DNA of 64,000 nt from Eledone cirrhosa (lineage: Eukaryota), in the NCBI GenBank assembly GCA_964016885.1, contig OZ024758.1, forward strand, positions 868,001 to 932,000, read 5' to 3'. The notes beneath the pieces were generated by a model, which searched no databases, had not been told where the DNA came from, and was given only the letters and a program-made list of their open reading frames with translations. The position numbers and the translations under genes were made by a program. Numbering within the stretch: position 1 is the first letter of the stretch; each line of letters opens with the position of its first letter. This document shows positions 13,539-28,514 of the stretch, in pieces.

Positions 13539-14659
13539 CATACATACATGGTGGCTGCCAACTCGTTTTCGAAAACGGCCACTACTTCATATCCATGTAG
13601 GAGAACCCCTACTGATGCGCTGAACGAGTGTGACTTTTAGTCCAGCCAGCGACTTGAAAACCCTGGTACAATCACTGCACTTGTGACAATTATTGACACA
13701 TAGTGCCGGGCCCATGGTACCATGTGACGACAAGTGCAGAGAGATCTCCAGATATAAAGCAATGCCTGTGCCGTGAAGCTTTTATAGTGAGCAAAGGCAC
13801 TGCACAAAGCCAGTCCCACTCTCTTAACTAAGATGATATTTACCAAAAATAAGAACAAGTCAACATCATTGGATACCATCAGAGTTGCAGGTGTTATATC
13901 AGAGTTTTCCTTCTCCTAGAATTCTGCCTTGACAAAGGCTAAGGGGTCATCTCTCCCGGTGATTTTGGATGGCCATTGACTCTTAAGAGCTCCTTTGCCC
14001 TTTGACAGGTTTTGACATACATACATACATATATACAGACATACACACATACACACATACATATATATACATATATCATACCATGTATATGCTACATGTT
14101 GGTATTGGTAAAGGGAGACGGCGAAGTACTATATTAACATATGTTACCAGCTGTTCTTCGGTTAATTAACATCTATTGACTGATAAATATTGAAAAAAAA
14201 CCTTCTCCTTCAAAAAGACCTACTCAAGCAAAAACTGGCCTATAATATCCAACTTTACAAAAAGAAATATCGATGTGAGATTTATCATTGATATTTACAT
14301 TTATTATGAATTATTTCTGTTTCTGTCGTTTTATCCACAAAATTTAATGAAAAAGTTCTGTTTTATATATTTCTAGTAACACAGTAAGCTGTTACCAAAT
14401 TTAGAAATAACCCCAATAAAATCCTTCAGTAACTAATTACCTAAAAATATATCCAGTCATGTCTAGACAAACATATCTTCTGTTCAAAAATAAAAAAAAA
14501 TAAAAATAAAGATACTAGGCGGTAAATAATTGCAAACAATTTTTCCAAAGTAATATTAAACCAGTCGGATAAATTAGAGACGATTGCTTCTGACAGGACC
14601 CTCAGGAAAGAGTGTTTGAGGACTCTGCCTATCAAGACCCTCCCAGAAATAAGAAAGGA

Positions 14660-14746
14660 AAAGAAGAAGAAGAAGAAGAAGAAGAAGAAGAAGAAGAAGA
14701 AGAAGAAGAAGAAGAAGAAGAAGAAGAAGAAGAACAACAACAACAA
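14660..14746. repeat. (GAA)n/(CAA)n microsatellite
   Basis: Direct reading. Confidence 0.95.
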
Positions 14747-16125
14747 GCACCCATTCGTTGCTTGTTAAGTATTTAATTCATTCCTTACACCGAGGATATT
14801 GTTTTTTTATTGAATGTATTCCGGTTGTTAATAACAAAAAGTCGTTATTTTTCAGTCTCGTGCTCCAAGTCATCACACCATCATTCTAACCACACAGCCA
14901 TGCCTGTACCTATAACCGTTGAAATAAATAAAAGATATGTCCCTTCCCTACCAAATATATTTTTAATAGATGATAAAACCTAACTAAACTTATCTTTAAG
15001 TATTTGTAATGTTTATTAAATAAAAATTCGGTCTGAATAAGCTCACAATTGAATTTGTGTGTGCTTATAGATAATGAGAATGTATATAAGATGACAACTA
15101 TTATAAGCGGTAAATATATGCTTTATATATGGCTTTATATAACAGAACTTCTATTTGATGATTGATATAAATTACTAAATATTCGTGAGTGAATAATAAT
15201 GTTAAGATAATAATATTAAATTCGGTTTGTTTGCAAGCAAACGGCCTCATAACACCATATGTGTTTAGTAGATGATCACGTCATCCTTTTATTCAAGCGG
15301 TAGCTGAGAGAAAACAATCGACAATTGTTTCAGAGTTATTACCTCTTGTCGAGATTGTGTATCCTCATCGCTGCTACCCGCTGGATCTGCTGAAAATACA
15401 TAGTATTCTCAAATGTATACATCGGCTAATTAGCCTAAATTTGCATACCGAGCGATTTTACGGCCGGCATTGCCGAAAATTGATAATATCATTATAATAT
15501 TATTATTATTTCTTCACGAATACATCCAGGTATCCAACACGTTAGAACGAAAACACATTTTGGTTTTACTAAATATTCATTTTCTTCAATCCTCTTGAAT
15601 TGTTTCTAAGTTTAGGAACCGTCTACTAGTTAAGGACGAAATAATATTGAATATTATTCTTTTTACCATAGTTTAATTTTAATTACAAGCCACCAGGTCC
15701 AGCTCCAAGTTTCAAAACACTCTCTTTATATTTTTCTCTGATTTTATGATATGCAATTTGCACTATGATCGGTTTAAATTACTACAAATATTCAGATTCT
15801 GAAATGTAATTTAAATATTCACCATGAGCACTATTTTATGTATTTAAACAAAGTAAATAACTAGGTTTGTGTAGCCTTTCAGTTGGTTTCTGCAGGTTTA
15901 CTCAGTGAAGCTGAAGTAAACAGCCACTTGTGTGAGGCATAGATATCAGCTGTCACAAATATAATAGACATATGAATGAACAAGGCCACCTGTAACTGCT
16001 CTTAACATGATTCGTAGGTTACTCATTCTTACCAATAGCCTGTTACTCTCCTGTATAATAATGTATAATACAGAAGTTTATGAGTCTCAGCTGTGGAGAT
16101 AATAGAATCATTTTGATAGATTTAT

Positions 16126-16230
16126 GCTAGAGCTGTGGAATCTTGCGTGCGTTTCAACTTTTCATTGTGTCTTTCCAGGGACTATGTTGACAAATAAACC
16201 TCATTTCGTCATTCCATGAGAGTATCTTGG
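16126..16230 (-). mobile_element. Internal fragment of the mariner-like MITE family
   Basis: Reverse complement matches the interior of 9603-9780 and 51132-51319 (CCAAGATACTCTC..TCCCTGGA..GATTCCACAGCTCTA). Confidence 0.7.
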
Positions 16231-16650
16231 ACACCCTATGAAATTTTATAGTTTAATCGTCTTTTCATTCAGATTATTGCAGGGCGCTTTACGATAGCAT
16301 GTTTAGGTTCGCTTCCGTCCTTATTCTTGCTAAGTAAGGAATACAAGTTGTTCTGTTCCGGTCTGTTTACACTTGCGTAGATAGAAAAAGGGATTATATA
16401 TATATATCTACCAGCCCATATATATATATATATATATATTGTTATATTTGGGGAGGGTCATATTGTTATTATATTGCCAGAAATAATAATAAAACACACT
16501 CGCTGTTTAGTTTGGGTTGGTTTTCGCTTCTTTATCTTTTATATCTCTATAGTTAATTTATCTGGTAATCAATGTTTATCATTAGTTAAAAATATAGATA
16601 TAAATACATGTATATATATATCAAAACACACACACACACTCACTCACACT

Positions 16651-16745
<95 letters not shown>

Positions 16746-18104
16746 GGGCTGGTATTGACAGTAAATACTGAATCTTGTGATTACTACCAAGGTGCTCTTG
16801 TATTTTCCCTGTTGGTCTTAATGTCATTGTCCTGACACTCTGACCGTATGAGGCAAACATGAAATACTTATAACAGGACAGGGTAAAAGATATTTCAAGT
16901 AGGGGGTTTCACACGTTTTAGTGGATCAATGTTTATAGAGAGTGTAGGAAAGGTTTTTAATAACTTGTCACATCACGTCTTTGTTATTTCTGTATCTTTT
17001 AAAGTGTGTGCCCCAGGTCAACTTGTAAGAAACCACCAGCACCACCATCATCATCATCATCATCATCGCTATCATTCTAATTTATCATCAGCAGCATCAC
17101 TGTCACTATCATCATCTTTCTGGTCAACATCATCATCTCGCCATCACTATCGTCACTATCATCATCATCCTCATCATCATCATCATAGCCATCATCATTC
17201 CCCTTGTTTATCATATGATTCTATTCTACATTGCTGTCGTTTATAAAACTACCCCATACATCTTATTAAGTATACACATGTACCATATATAACCTTGGCC
17301 CCTCATTGCTACCCCTATCAACCTCAAACAACAACTTTATGCACGTCGGTGAATAAATATATGAATAATGAACTGACAACACCCGTTTTGTACCAGTTCT
17401 CTTTTCCCTGTCATATTTATATCACCTTTTCACACATAAAACCACAATTTTCTCCAATTCTCTCGATCGCTATTTTCTTACATGTTGACTTCACATAATT
17501 TACCTGGCAGACGGGCTGCTTTCTATTATATCTTACACGACATACAAACTAACATCTTAGCTATCACCTTTCTATCGTTGTCATTTGTGTCATCTTATTT
17601 TATCAAATGTTCACCCCGTATGTATGTGTACGTAGTAAGCTGACCAATGCTGATGGTTATCATAGCAGGTGCTTATATTCAATACAAAGCCTTTCTTCAG
17701 TTTCTTATATATATATATATATATATATAATATAATTAGAAACACACAGATACATGCGGACATGAGGCTTAGCTCTGTTTCTCGACCGTTATATCGCGTG
17801 ACTATCTCCCCCTCCGCCTTTTGGGATTCTTTCTCACGTCGTGTAGACGCGTTCTTGAGACTAGTAAAATGAGGTATCCTCTTGATAAGTCGGCAGACCT
17901 CGCAAGGACTCTATATCTTTATGATATATTGTTTTTGTTTATGCCACGAAACTACGTAGTCGAGGAATTTAGGAGCAGTTTAGGTATGATACATTTTATT
18001 ACTAATTATATCTAAATGTTTCTTCTCTCTTCATAATATATATATATATATATATATATTCATTCAAAATATTAACAAAAATAGGACTTCATTGTGATCA
18101 AGTA

Positions 18105-18171
18105 TATTTTATTATACATATTTCAGAGGTACTGAGCTAACTTCAACAGTACGCCCTCATCAGATAAAATA
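18105..18171 (-). ncRNA. Type I minimal hammerhead ribozyme (Penelope-associated type), copy 1
   Basis: Minus strand: UAUUUUAU-CUGAUGA-GGGCGUACUG[loop]CAGUACCUCU-GAAA-UAUGUA-UA-AUAAAAUA. Perfect 8-bp stem I, full core, quasi-palindromic stem III. Confidence 0.7.
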
Positions 18172-18266
18172 AGATGATGCATGTCATACACTGACATAGT
18201 AGATGGTTAAGATCCAGTCATGGTAGTGATTTATTTAGTTGATTTATTCATCGAACCTTGTTTAAC

Positions 18267-18327
<61 letters not shown>

Positions 18328-19291
18328 ATTAGAATAAACCACTACTCAAGTACTAATCTCCGGAATATCATCTCAGTTTGGTAAACCCTGTCAGAGCCAA
18401 CATCCATGTGTACATATGTATCATGTTTGTATCTTTTGTTTGTGTGTGTGTCTTTTGTTTGTGTGTGTGTGTCTTTTATTTGTGTGTGCGTCTTTTGTTT
18501 GAGTGAGTTGTTAATGTGTGTGTCTTTTTTGCTTGTATGTGTATATGTAAACATGCATAGAACACTTTGTACATACAAATACGTCTCACATATTCATTGA
18601 TTCATTGGTACTATTAGTATATTGATATATTGATATATTGATTCATTGATATTCTTAGTAACCTCACTCCAGATTCAATCTGTAATTTAGTCCAGCGAAG
18701 AGTTGTCTTTCTTTTTTGAACGACCTCATATCAACTGGCCTTCTTCATTAGCTTTCTCAGCTAACACTAACATCTTGTAACAACAATAAGATACATAGCA
18801 ACATCTAGTAAAACCACCTCAATGTCAACTAAAACCGCTGTTCACAGTTCTGTCCACTTGTGTCGACACAAACCTCAGCAAACAACACTAACGAAACCAA
18901 TAGATAAACATGATGAATGTTTAACAAGACGGCTCCCTTTTAAAAACTGGATAGGTAAAGTGTTTAGATTTCTATTGTAACCTTAGTGCTTAGTTTTCCT
19001 CGTTCATGTGTGTATTTGTAAGTGTGTCTGTGTTTAACTGTCAGTGTATGTGTGATCAAAAATTTCATTCATTATTTAGCTTCTGTTTTCGTTTTACCAA
19101 GTATCAAATGACATGTATGGAAGGTGGTAATTCAACGATCTCATGTAAAGAAAATAATAATTCCTTTCTGTTGTTCATTCCGGAACAGTTAGGGGTCAGT
19201 ACTCCTTGATCTGTCAAAACTAAAAACCTGTAAATATATAAATGAAATCAGGAAAAAGATTATTTACAGATCATATCATTTTTTATCATAT

Positions 19292-19518
<227 letters not shown>

Positions 19519-19800
19519 TTCCTACTTGAGATCCTATATATTTGTATGTGTCTTGTGTCTATGTGCGTGTATTTTCCTATTTAAACTCATATGAGGAATA
19601 CTTCAGATCAAATTAGAGTGATGTTTCGCCCTTAACCCAATTAGATATCTCAAAGTTTAATAGTGGTTCGATGATTAGCATTTCGTCATCCTTAGTCCTC
19701 GTACATGTTAATAATGTCTAATGAGTGATTGCATGAATACACCATATCTATAGTTCTTTGCATGTGTATGTTATATATATATATATGTGTGTATATATAT

Positions 19801-19874
<74 letters not shown>

Positions 19875-19888
19875 TTATGCCCACATAA

Positions 19889-20045
19889 TTCAAATACCGC
19901 CGAGGTTAGCTTTGCCGTACATCCTTACGAGGTCGATGAAATAAAGTACCAGTAATGCACTGGAGTCGATTTGATCGATTTTCTTCCCCCAAAAGATTGC
20001 TGGCCTTGTGCTTCTAGTAGAAATCATTATTACCATTATTATTAT
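19889..20045 (+). mobile_element. SINE family A, 5'-truncated, with (ATT)n tail
   Basis: TTCAAATACCGCCGAGGTTAGCTTTGCC..AAGTACCAGTAATGCACTGG..GCTGGCCTTGTGC..ATTATT. Confidence 0.85.
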
Positions 20046-20534
20046 AGAATGCTATGCCATCGGCAAGATAAAGTCAAAATTCAGTTTCAATTATTGCGAT
20101 AATGACAGTAACGATAATTAGGGTAATAATTCTTTTAATGGTTTGTGGCTATAAAGGATATTAGTAGAGGTGTATGACTGTATTAGTACAGATGGTTGGT
20201 AGGCTGGTTGATATGTTGGTTCGTAGGGTGGTTGGCTGGAGTTTACTCTAAATACAATAGTACTATTTTTTGCTGCAAATTCAAATAGTTACTCTGTGAA
20301 TGGTGTTACTTAAGTTCTTTGTTTGATATAGAGTTTTCCCTCAAATTTCGCTTGGTCTATTACATGGACATTTTATCAAATGATATACATATATGACTAT
20401 CATTATGATATACATATAAGAAATACACAATCTATTGTATCTTTTATATAAGATGCAGTCGTGTTATCTGAGATAACATTGTTGGTGGTGGTAGCGCTGA
20501 TGAATGATTGTTACAATTATTACTGTCATAGTGT

Positions 20535-20842
20535 TGTGAGTAATAATTGTTTCTACTTTTGGCACAAGGCCAGCAAATTACAGTACATTACTGGTACTTT
20601 ATTTTATCGACCCCGTAAGGATGAAAGGCAAAGTTAACCTCGACGGGATTTGAACTCAGACCGTAACTATGCTAGAAAGCATGGCGTCCAACCCTCTACC
20701 GATACTGCCAATGTGAGTAATAATTGTTTCAACTTTTGGCACAAGGCCAGCAATTATCCCAGTGCAGTGCATTACTGGTACTTTATTTTATCGACCCCGT
20801 AAGGATGAAAGGCAAAGTTAACCTCGACAGGATTTGAACTCA
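20535..20842 (-). mobile_element. Two tandem SINE family A copies
   Basis: Copies at ~20548-20711 and ~20725-20842, each preceded by TGTGAGTAATAATTGTTTC (20535 and 20712). Confidence 0.85.
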
Positions 20843-21878
20843 TCGGAGACTAAACTAGTTCTGGTGGTGGTACTATTGGTGATGATGTTTATATAATAAT
20901 AAGAAGTTGATAGTGAGAATATATTTGACAGTGATGCTGCTTCTGCTGGTCTTCATGCTAATACTATTTATGCTGGTATTAACGAAGGCAGTGATGATAG
21001 TAGTGTTGATTGCGGTGGGCGAATTGATAACAATTGTGAGTGTGATGGCGGTGATAATGGGGATAGTTGCAGTGCTGATACAGATGCAGGTACTGTAATG
21101 TTGATTGTGGTTGTAGAGGTTCTTGAGATAATGTTTGTAGTGATAGTGGCAGTTATACTTTGTGGCTGTTGAAATATGCTGGTAGTTGTAATATCAGTTA
21201 TGTGGCTGTGTCCTCGGTTCTACTACTGTTGTCGATGGTGCACCATTCATCCAGTTCTCTTCTATGATGGTATATGAGACCAAAGTTCCAGGGTTCTGCG
21301 TGTGTGTCTGTGATTCATGAGCATGATTGTGTATATGTGTGCTGTTTGTGTATCTTCGTATCTGAGTGTATATGTGGGAGAGTATATATTTATGTGTGGA
21401 GTGGTGGTTAAATAATGTTGATTTATGTAGGAAAGACAAGGGCAGTATGTAATCGTTGTTGGAATAACTGGAGTACTGAAGCTAAGAGGGGTCTGCTACT
21501 TGAAGTCAAGATGTTTCAGGCCAATTAATTCTCCATGAAGACGATATATAAGAACTAATGTCTTCGCTAATTCATCTTTTAATGAAGATAAGAGAATTAG
21601 ACACACATATCCTTAAACAAAAAACACAAAAACTTACGTACACAGATAAACATGTATATGTGTATACGCAACTGAATTGATATATCTAGATGTAACCGAA
21701 TGATATGCATGTCTCCACCTGCGTGCGCATTACAAATACATATCTTATGTTTATTTACCTGCCTCTCTCTTTCTCTTTCTTTATATATATACATGCATCC
21801 ACTCACACATATATGTGCAATGAACACATAGGTTGTTACATACACAGAAATGCCTGCATCAACCGAAATTCGAAGACG

Positions 21879-21925
<47 letters not shown>

Positions 21926-21944
21926 TATGTATATATATATATAT

Positions 21945-22222
<278 letters not shown>

Positions 22223-23642
22223 TGTATAATTACATGCATGCAGCCTACAGGAGTAGTCTGTCAGTAGCACAGCCAAAACCTGCAATGGTTTACAATCGTC
22301 CAACTTGTAATTCATCTTGATTGTTGTCAAGTCCACTAGACATAACCATGTCATTCAATTAAGGACGGTCCTTATGTTATTATGAAAAATTTCTAGAAGT
22401 CTCAAATACAATAATAACCAGACACACATATGATAACATACACACACACACGTACAAATATGTATTCGAGTTATTCATAAGTAATGCAGTCTTTAATGAT
22501 ATTGGAATGTATTTTAACTTCTGACAGACTTTTCACACACACATAAGCATACAAACATAATTCTTCATTCATCATTGAGTAATGAATAATTACCTCTTCC
22601 ATCGAAACGTAAAAAAATGTAGACTATTCTGCTAGTCAAATGTAGTAGGAATAAGTTATGTTACATGGATGACACAAAAGATACTATATCAATGTAGTGA
22701 AAGGTTAGCAGTTATACTGAATCAGGAATTTAAAGAACGAATATGTTCGTTAACGTTTCTTACTACAAACATTTGGCAGTTGTTTAAAACTTTGTAACTG
22801 ACTACGTGGTTGATTAAATCTATTGCGAAACAGATCTTGGTTTCATTCTTAGCAACGAAACTGTCACCAGTGTGAATGAATGCAAAGATCCACGCACACA
22901 TGAACAAACAAAAAATCGCTCATGCTCAAACACATGCAAAATGATATTTATGAACACATAACAAAGAAACATACACATACAAAAATAACATGTCACGCAC
23001 ATATAACTGTATAAAAATTAATAATCTAATTCCAAATAAAATAAAATAAATTAAAATGTTTAACCTATGCTCAGTTTGACATATGGAAAATATGGGAATT
23101 ACTGCCAGTAATCTCTTTCACTCTCTCCCACTAATTCTTCGTCTCTTTCTTTTTCACTCTCTACCGACCTCCATACTCTCCTTCCATTCTTTCTCTATGC
23201 CGTATAAAACCATACAAACGTTCAATCAAGCAAGCGAACGTCCTTTCTACCTATTGTGTTTTGAGCTTTCTTCTTTAATAGAATTTAATTGCAATACCTC
23301 CTGCCCGCCTCCCTATTAAATAGTCTCCCCTTCCTTTATTCTTCTCTCGTCCAGGCTTACTATTTCCATGGTCAACCCAAATCCTCTTGCTTGTCACACA
23401 CCCCACGATGTATAATTTTGATTTGATCGTGTCTAAATGGATTAGATTCACTTTAATCGGATGAACAAAAAGTAATCTTCACAATACTCTCAGCATTTTC
23501 CTCTCGTATCTATACACCAACATTGGTACACATGTCTTCTCAGACACAGATACACAATACGTCAATATGGTCGCGCTCAAATAGCACGCGTTCATCTTTT
23601 ATAATTATTTTCTCTATTGCTTGTATTTCTTTCACTCATTTC

Positions 23643-23718
<76 letters not shown>

Positions 23719-23759
23719 CAAGAAAGAAGAGTGACAGGGTTTGCTATACAATATATATA

Positions 23760-23975
23760 GGAACGATCGACTTTCGTCAAGGACCGAGGGAGGGAACAAT
23801 GTTTCCGTTGGTCTTTCCAATTGCTAATACTATCTATCGGTCGCAACTCCAGGTAGAAGGAGCAACGTGAAATAAAGTGTCTTGCTCAAGGACATAACGC
23901 ATCACCTGGTCCAGGAATCGAACTCACAACCTTACGATTGCGAATCCAATTCTCTAACCACTCAGCCACACGCCT
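23760..23975 (-). mobile_element. tRNA-derived SINE family B (CORE/V-domain-like)
   Basis: Minus strand AGGCGTGTGGCTGAGTGGTTAG (A box), GAGTTCGATTCC (B box), TGTCCTTGAGCAAGACACTT central motif; 3' boundary approximate. Confidence 0.8.
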
Positions 23976-24220
23976 ATACAATAAGGGCTTTAATCACATT
24001 GCGGGCAATTGTTTCTCTGAACAGGTAGGTCTAGAGATCGCTACTCGCCTGTTTCTGCGTCAATCGATCACCAATACATAGTTATAACCAATCAATTCAT
24101 CAGAGCTTGCGAGAATGAAGGGAATACACAGGCATGGTTTCTATATATAGTAGTGGACTACATCTAAGTGGACTACCTATAACAATAATTTGTTATCCCG
24201 TATATATATATATATATACA

Positions 24221-24301
<81 letters not shown>

Positions 24302-24638
24302 TATATATAAATATAAGTATGTATACGTACATACATATATGTATACAGACGTACAGTAGTATATATATATATACATACATGCACACATATATATATATAT
24401 ATATGTACGTATGGGTTTACCGAACATTTATTATAATGCTCGGTTTGTTTGTAAACAAACAGCCCGCATTAAGCCGTACAGTGTTCGTACATATATATAT
24501 ATATGTGTGCATGTATGTATATATCTATATACATACTGCTGTACGTCTGTATACATATATGTATGTACGTATACATACTTATATTTAAGTATCAGCCGTA
24601 CTAAGAGTGAGAAATGAAATTTCATTTCATTCTTTTCC

Positions 24639-24694
<56 letters not shown>

Positions 24695-25009
24695 GGGTAT
24701 AACCGAAGCTGCAACTGCGAGTTACAGATTCTCAATCGATTTTTGAAGGTTGTCACAAAGCAATGAGAGAGTAATCAATAGATTACTTCTTAGAGTAATC
24801 ACAATAAGTTAGGTAATAGTGACTGGTTAAAGACGAACCTGAACCTGATCGATAGATACTAGATATTAATCGATAAATATTTTCGATAGGTTTCTGGGAA
24901 ACGGGAATGTCTGTATTCATGTTTATCTTTATCGTTGTTTAAGTATTAAGGTAGCTTTTTCATTGTATAACTATTGCCTATGTTGATTACTCTGAGCAGT
25001 ATTTTATTG

Positions 25010-25141
<132 letters not shown>

Positions 25142-25899
25142 GAGAGAGAGAGAACGATAGATAGATACATAGATAGCTATATATATATGCACATATATAC
25201 ATATAGATATATACAATATATATCAGAAAATAGTCGGAAAAATATCTTTATTACTATTTATTAGATCCACACAAAATAAAATAAAACATATATTATTAAC
25301 AGGTGGTGGGAATAGGTGTTATATAGAGAAACTTTCTTAACCATTGACTTTTCATATTTCGTTCTTTATAGCATTAAAATTACATTAACTTATATTCATT
25401 TATGTACTTCATATGTTCCATTTCAACGATTCACTTTTAACTAATAGATCTTTCATTTCAGTTTCCATTATTTTAATTGAAATTCAATTAATATTGGATT
25501 TATTTTCATTTATTCCCTATTGTTTTCTCTCATTCACTGGGTCGAACTATTCTGTGCCGGAAGACATGGGCGTCGCACCGTGGAATTTCTTTTACACCAG
25601 ATCATAATAGACACGCGTACAATCACAAAGAAAGAGAGCACAAAATCGTTTGTGTGCGCGTGTACATCTGTACACGCGCACACAAACACACACATATATA
25701 TTTATATATATATACATACATACATATATATATATATATGTGTGTATAAATATATATATATATATGCAGAAGTCATATTTAATTTATTGGGATTCAACAA
25801 GCTTAAACATTTTTATAACTGATATAAAGCACTCAACAGTTAAGTGGAGTAAATACACAATATATTAATAAATGGAAATTATATTTATAAAACCATATT

Positions 25900-25965
25900 T
25901 ATTTTATTATACATATTTCAAGGGCAACCAAGGCAAATTATAGTGCGCTTTCATCAGATAAAATA
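25900..25965 (-). ncRNA. Type I minimal hammerhead ribozyme, copy 2
   Basis: Minus strand: UAUUUUAU-CUGAUGA-AAGCGCA[loop]UGCCCUU-GAAA-UAUGUA-UA-AUAAAAUA. Core, stem I and stem III are identical to copy 1; stem II differs in sequence but still pairs. Confidence 0.7.
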
Positions 25966-26019
25966 CAGATTTGTTTTATTAATAAATATTGACATAACCG
26001 AAAAAAAAAATATGATTGA

Positions 26020-26270
26020 AGGCGCATGGCTTAGTGTTTAAAGTGTCGGTTATGAGTTCGATTCCCAGATCAGATTGTGTGCTGTGCTCTTGAGCAAGAC
26101 ACTTTATTTTTACATTGCTCCTGTTCACTAAGTTGTAGAAATGTGTTGCGATGTCACTCGTACCAAGCTGTATCTGCTCTGCGTTTCTCTTGACAACATC
26201 TTGTTCGGACTTGTGGCTCGGAGGGTAACTTTCTAAATGCGAATCCCATGGTCAGTTGCAACCGAAGGTT
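26020..26270 (+). mobile_element. SINE family B copy followed by (TATC)n
   Basis: AGGCGCATGGCTTAGTG..GAGTTCGATTCCC..CTTGAGCAAGACACTTTATTT. Confidence 0.8.
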
Positions 26271-26278
26271 ATCTTAGC

Positions 26279-26350
<72 letters not shown>

Positions 26351-26641
26351 ATGCATATATCTATATGCATATATATATATATCTATATCTATCTATCTAT
26401 CTATCTCTCTATGTATAAGTATATGTAGATACATATATCTGTGTATATTTGGGTGTGTGTGAACAGATGTTAAATATATAGATGTATAATAAGAATTACA
26501 AGACCCACTCTATAGCTAGGTTAGCCTTTAGTGACTTATTACATTTTTGTTTCCAAACTAAATTTCATTGATTTTCCCAAAGATTACTGAGTCATCGACA
26601 TCAGCACAACTTCATTACAAACACACAGACACAAATATATA

Positions 26642-26722
<81 letters not shown>

Positions 26723-26950
26723 TGTGTATAGATATCTTTATACATGTATGTGTGTATATTATATATATATATATATATATACATATAAACTCAGAAATAT
26801 TAACAAAGAGAGGACAAGACAACGAAGGAAAACAAGGCGAAACGATACGATATAAAATATGTTAATTTTAGTGAAGAGTAGAAACAATACAGATGTTCCA
26901 ATATTGAATAAAAGCTGTTACTACCACCTTTGTATTTCAACATATGTGTA

Positions 26951-26999
<49 letters not shown>

Positions 27000-27338
27000 C
27001 TGTGTGTGTGTGGTGACAGTCAAGTTTGCAATGTTCAACTGTTGAAAATTGCAAACTTGACTGTCACCACACATTATGAACCTGAAGATTGCGAAAGTAT
27101 GAAAGTACTTGTTCAATTAACACTTAACATTTAATATTCTACCATACTATTTCATTCTAATACCATTATAAATTTTAAAGGATTGTAAATAAAACGAGTA
27201 AATCAGACAAAGTTGGAATTCCTTTTATTAATATAATCTTCTATACACAATCATACACACCCGTGTATATTTATCTATCTATATCTCTCTCTATATATAT
27301 ATGTATGTTTGTGTGTGTGTGTGAGTGTGTACGTGTGT

Positions 27339-27377
<39 letters not shown>

Positions 27378-27580
27378 GAGAGTAAGCTAAAGAGACAAAG
27401 GAGGTGGGAAATTATGGGAGAATAGCGTTAATTATATATATATATGATAATTAATATTAGCTAGATACTAAACCATAAATATACCGATTCCATTGGAACC
27501 ACATATTGGAAGCAGGTTACCAAATACAGTAGCAAGCCTAATTTGAACCTTCCAGGGTCATCAGGTATCTTTTAAATACC

Positions 27581-27666
<86 letters not shown>

Positions 27667-27743
27667 GTGTGTGTGTGAGTGTGTGCGTCTGTTTGAATGT
27701 GTTGGAGGTAAGTATATATGACTCTCTCCCCTGCCCTCTCTCA

Positions 27744-27809
<66 letters not shown>

Positions 27810-28074
27810 GTGTGTATGTGTATGTGTATGTCTGTGTGTTTGTGTTTATGTGTGCGTGTGTACACATATATGACGGTGATGAATTTGTTTTTCAAATAAA
27901 TAAATAGAATAAGAAAAGATTAAAGCAATGCAATGGGAGGAAACATAATGTCATTTTATGATGTCACATGTGTGTGACGAAAGAACTCTGAGAAACTATA
28001 TTTGTATCTATATTTTTAACTGTTGGTCAATCAACGATAAACATTATTTGCCAACTGCATTAATTATAGAAATA

Positions 28075-28128
<54 letters not shown>

Positions 28129-28514
28129 GGGGGAGGGGAGTTATATATGGGACAATAACAGAAATCAATGATCTTGTACATATGTCATTTATATGTAGCT
28201 GTTAACATATGTATAAACTGGTAGAAAACGTCTAATGCAAACAACTGTTGCAGTAATATATATTCTTTTCTTTTCAATATTGAGGGTATTCACAGCTTTG
28301 ATGTTGGAGAAGTTAACAGGGTCTCACACATATTAGATATTAAATAACCTTTCAATTTCCATCAAGATGTGACGATTTTATCAGTTTATTTTTTACGCTT
28401 TATTTTCCAGCTGAATAGAAGATATTGAGACATTTCCCGCGTCTACTTAGAGGACAAAATTCAAATGAAAAAGTGAGATAATACAATAACTGCTAATGTG
28501 TTATTGATGTTTAT

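Noticed and set aside
13550-14015. Higher-complexity segment, possibly an old LINE/SINE fragment
   Set aside because: No recognisable motif or second copy in the window to support a specific call.
20907-21098. 63-aa hydrophobic ORF
   Set aside because: Degenerate GT-rich trinucleotide sequence with a TTG start; hydrophobicity is compositional.
21200-21297. Alternative terminal exon on the minus strand (EPWNFGLIYHHRRELDEWCTIDNSSRTEDTAT*)
   Set aside because: Phase-compatible, but the acceptor lacks a polypyrimidine tract and there is no other support.
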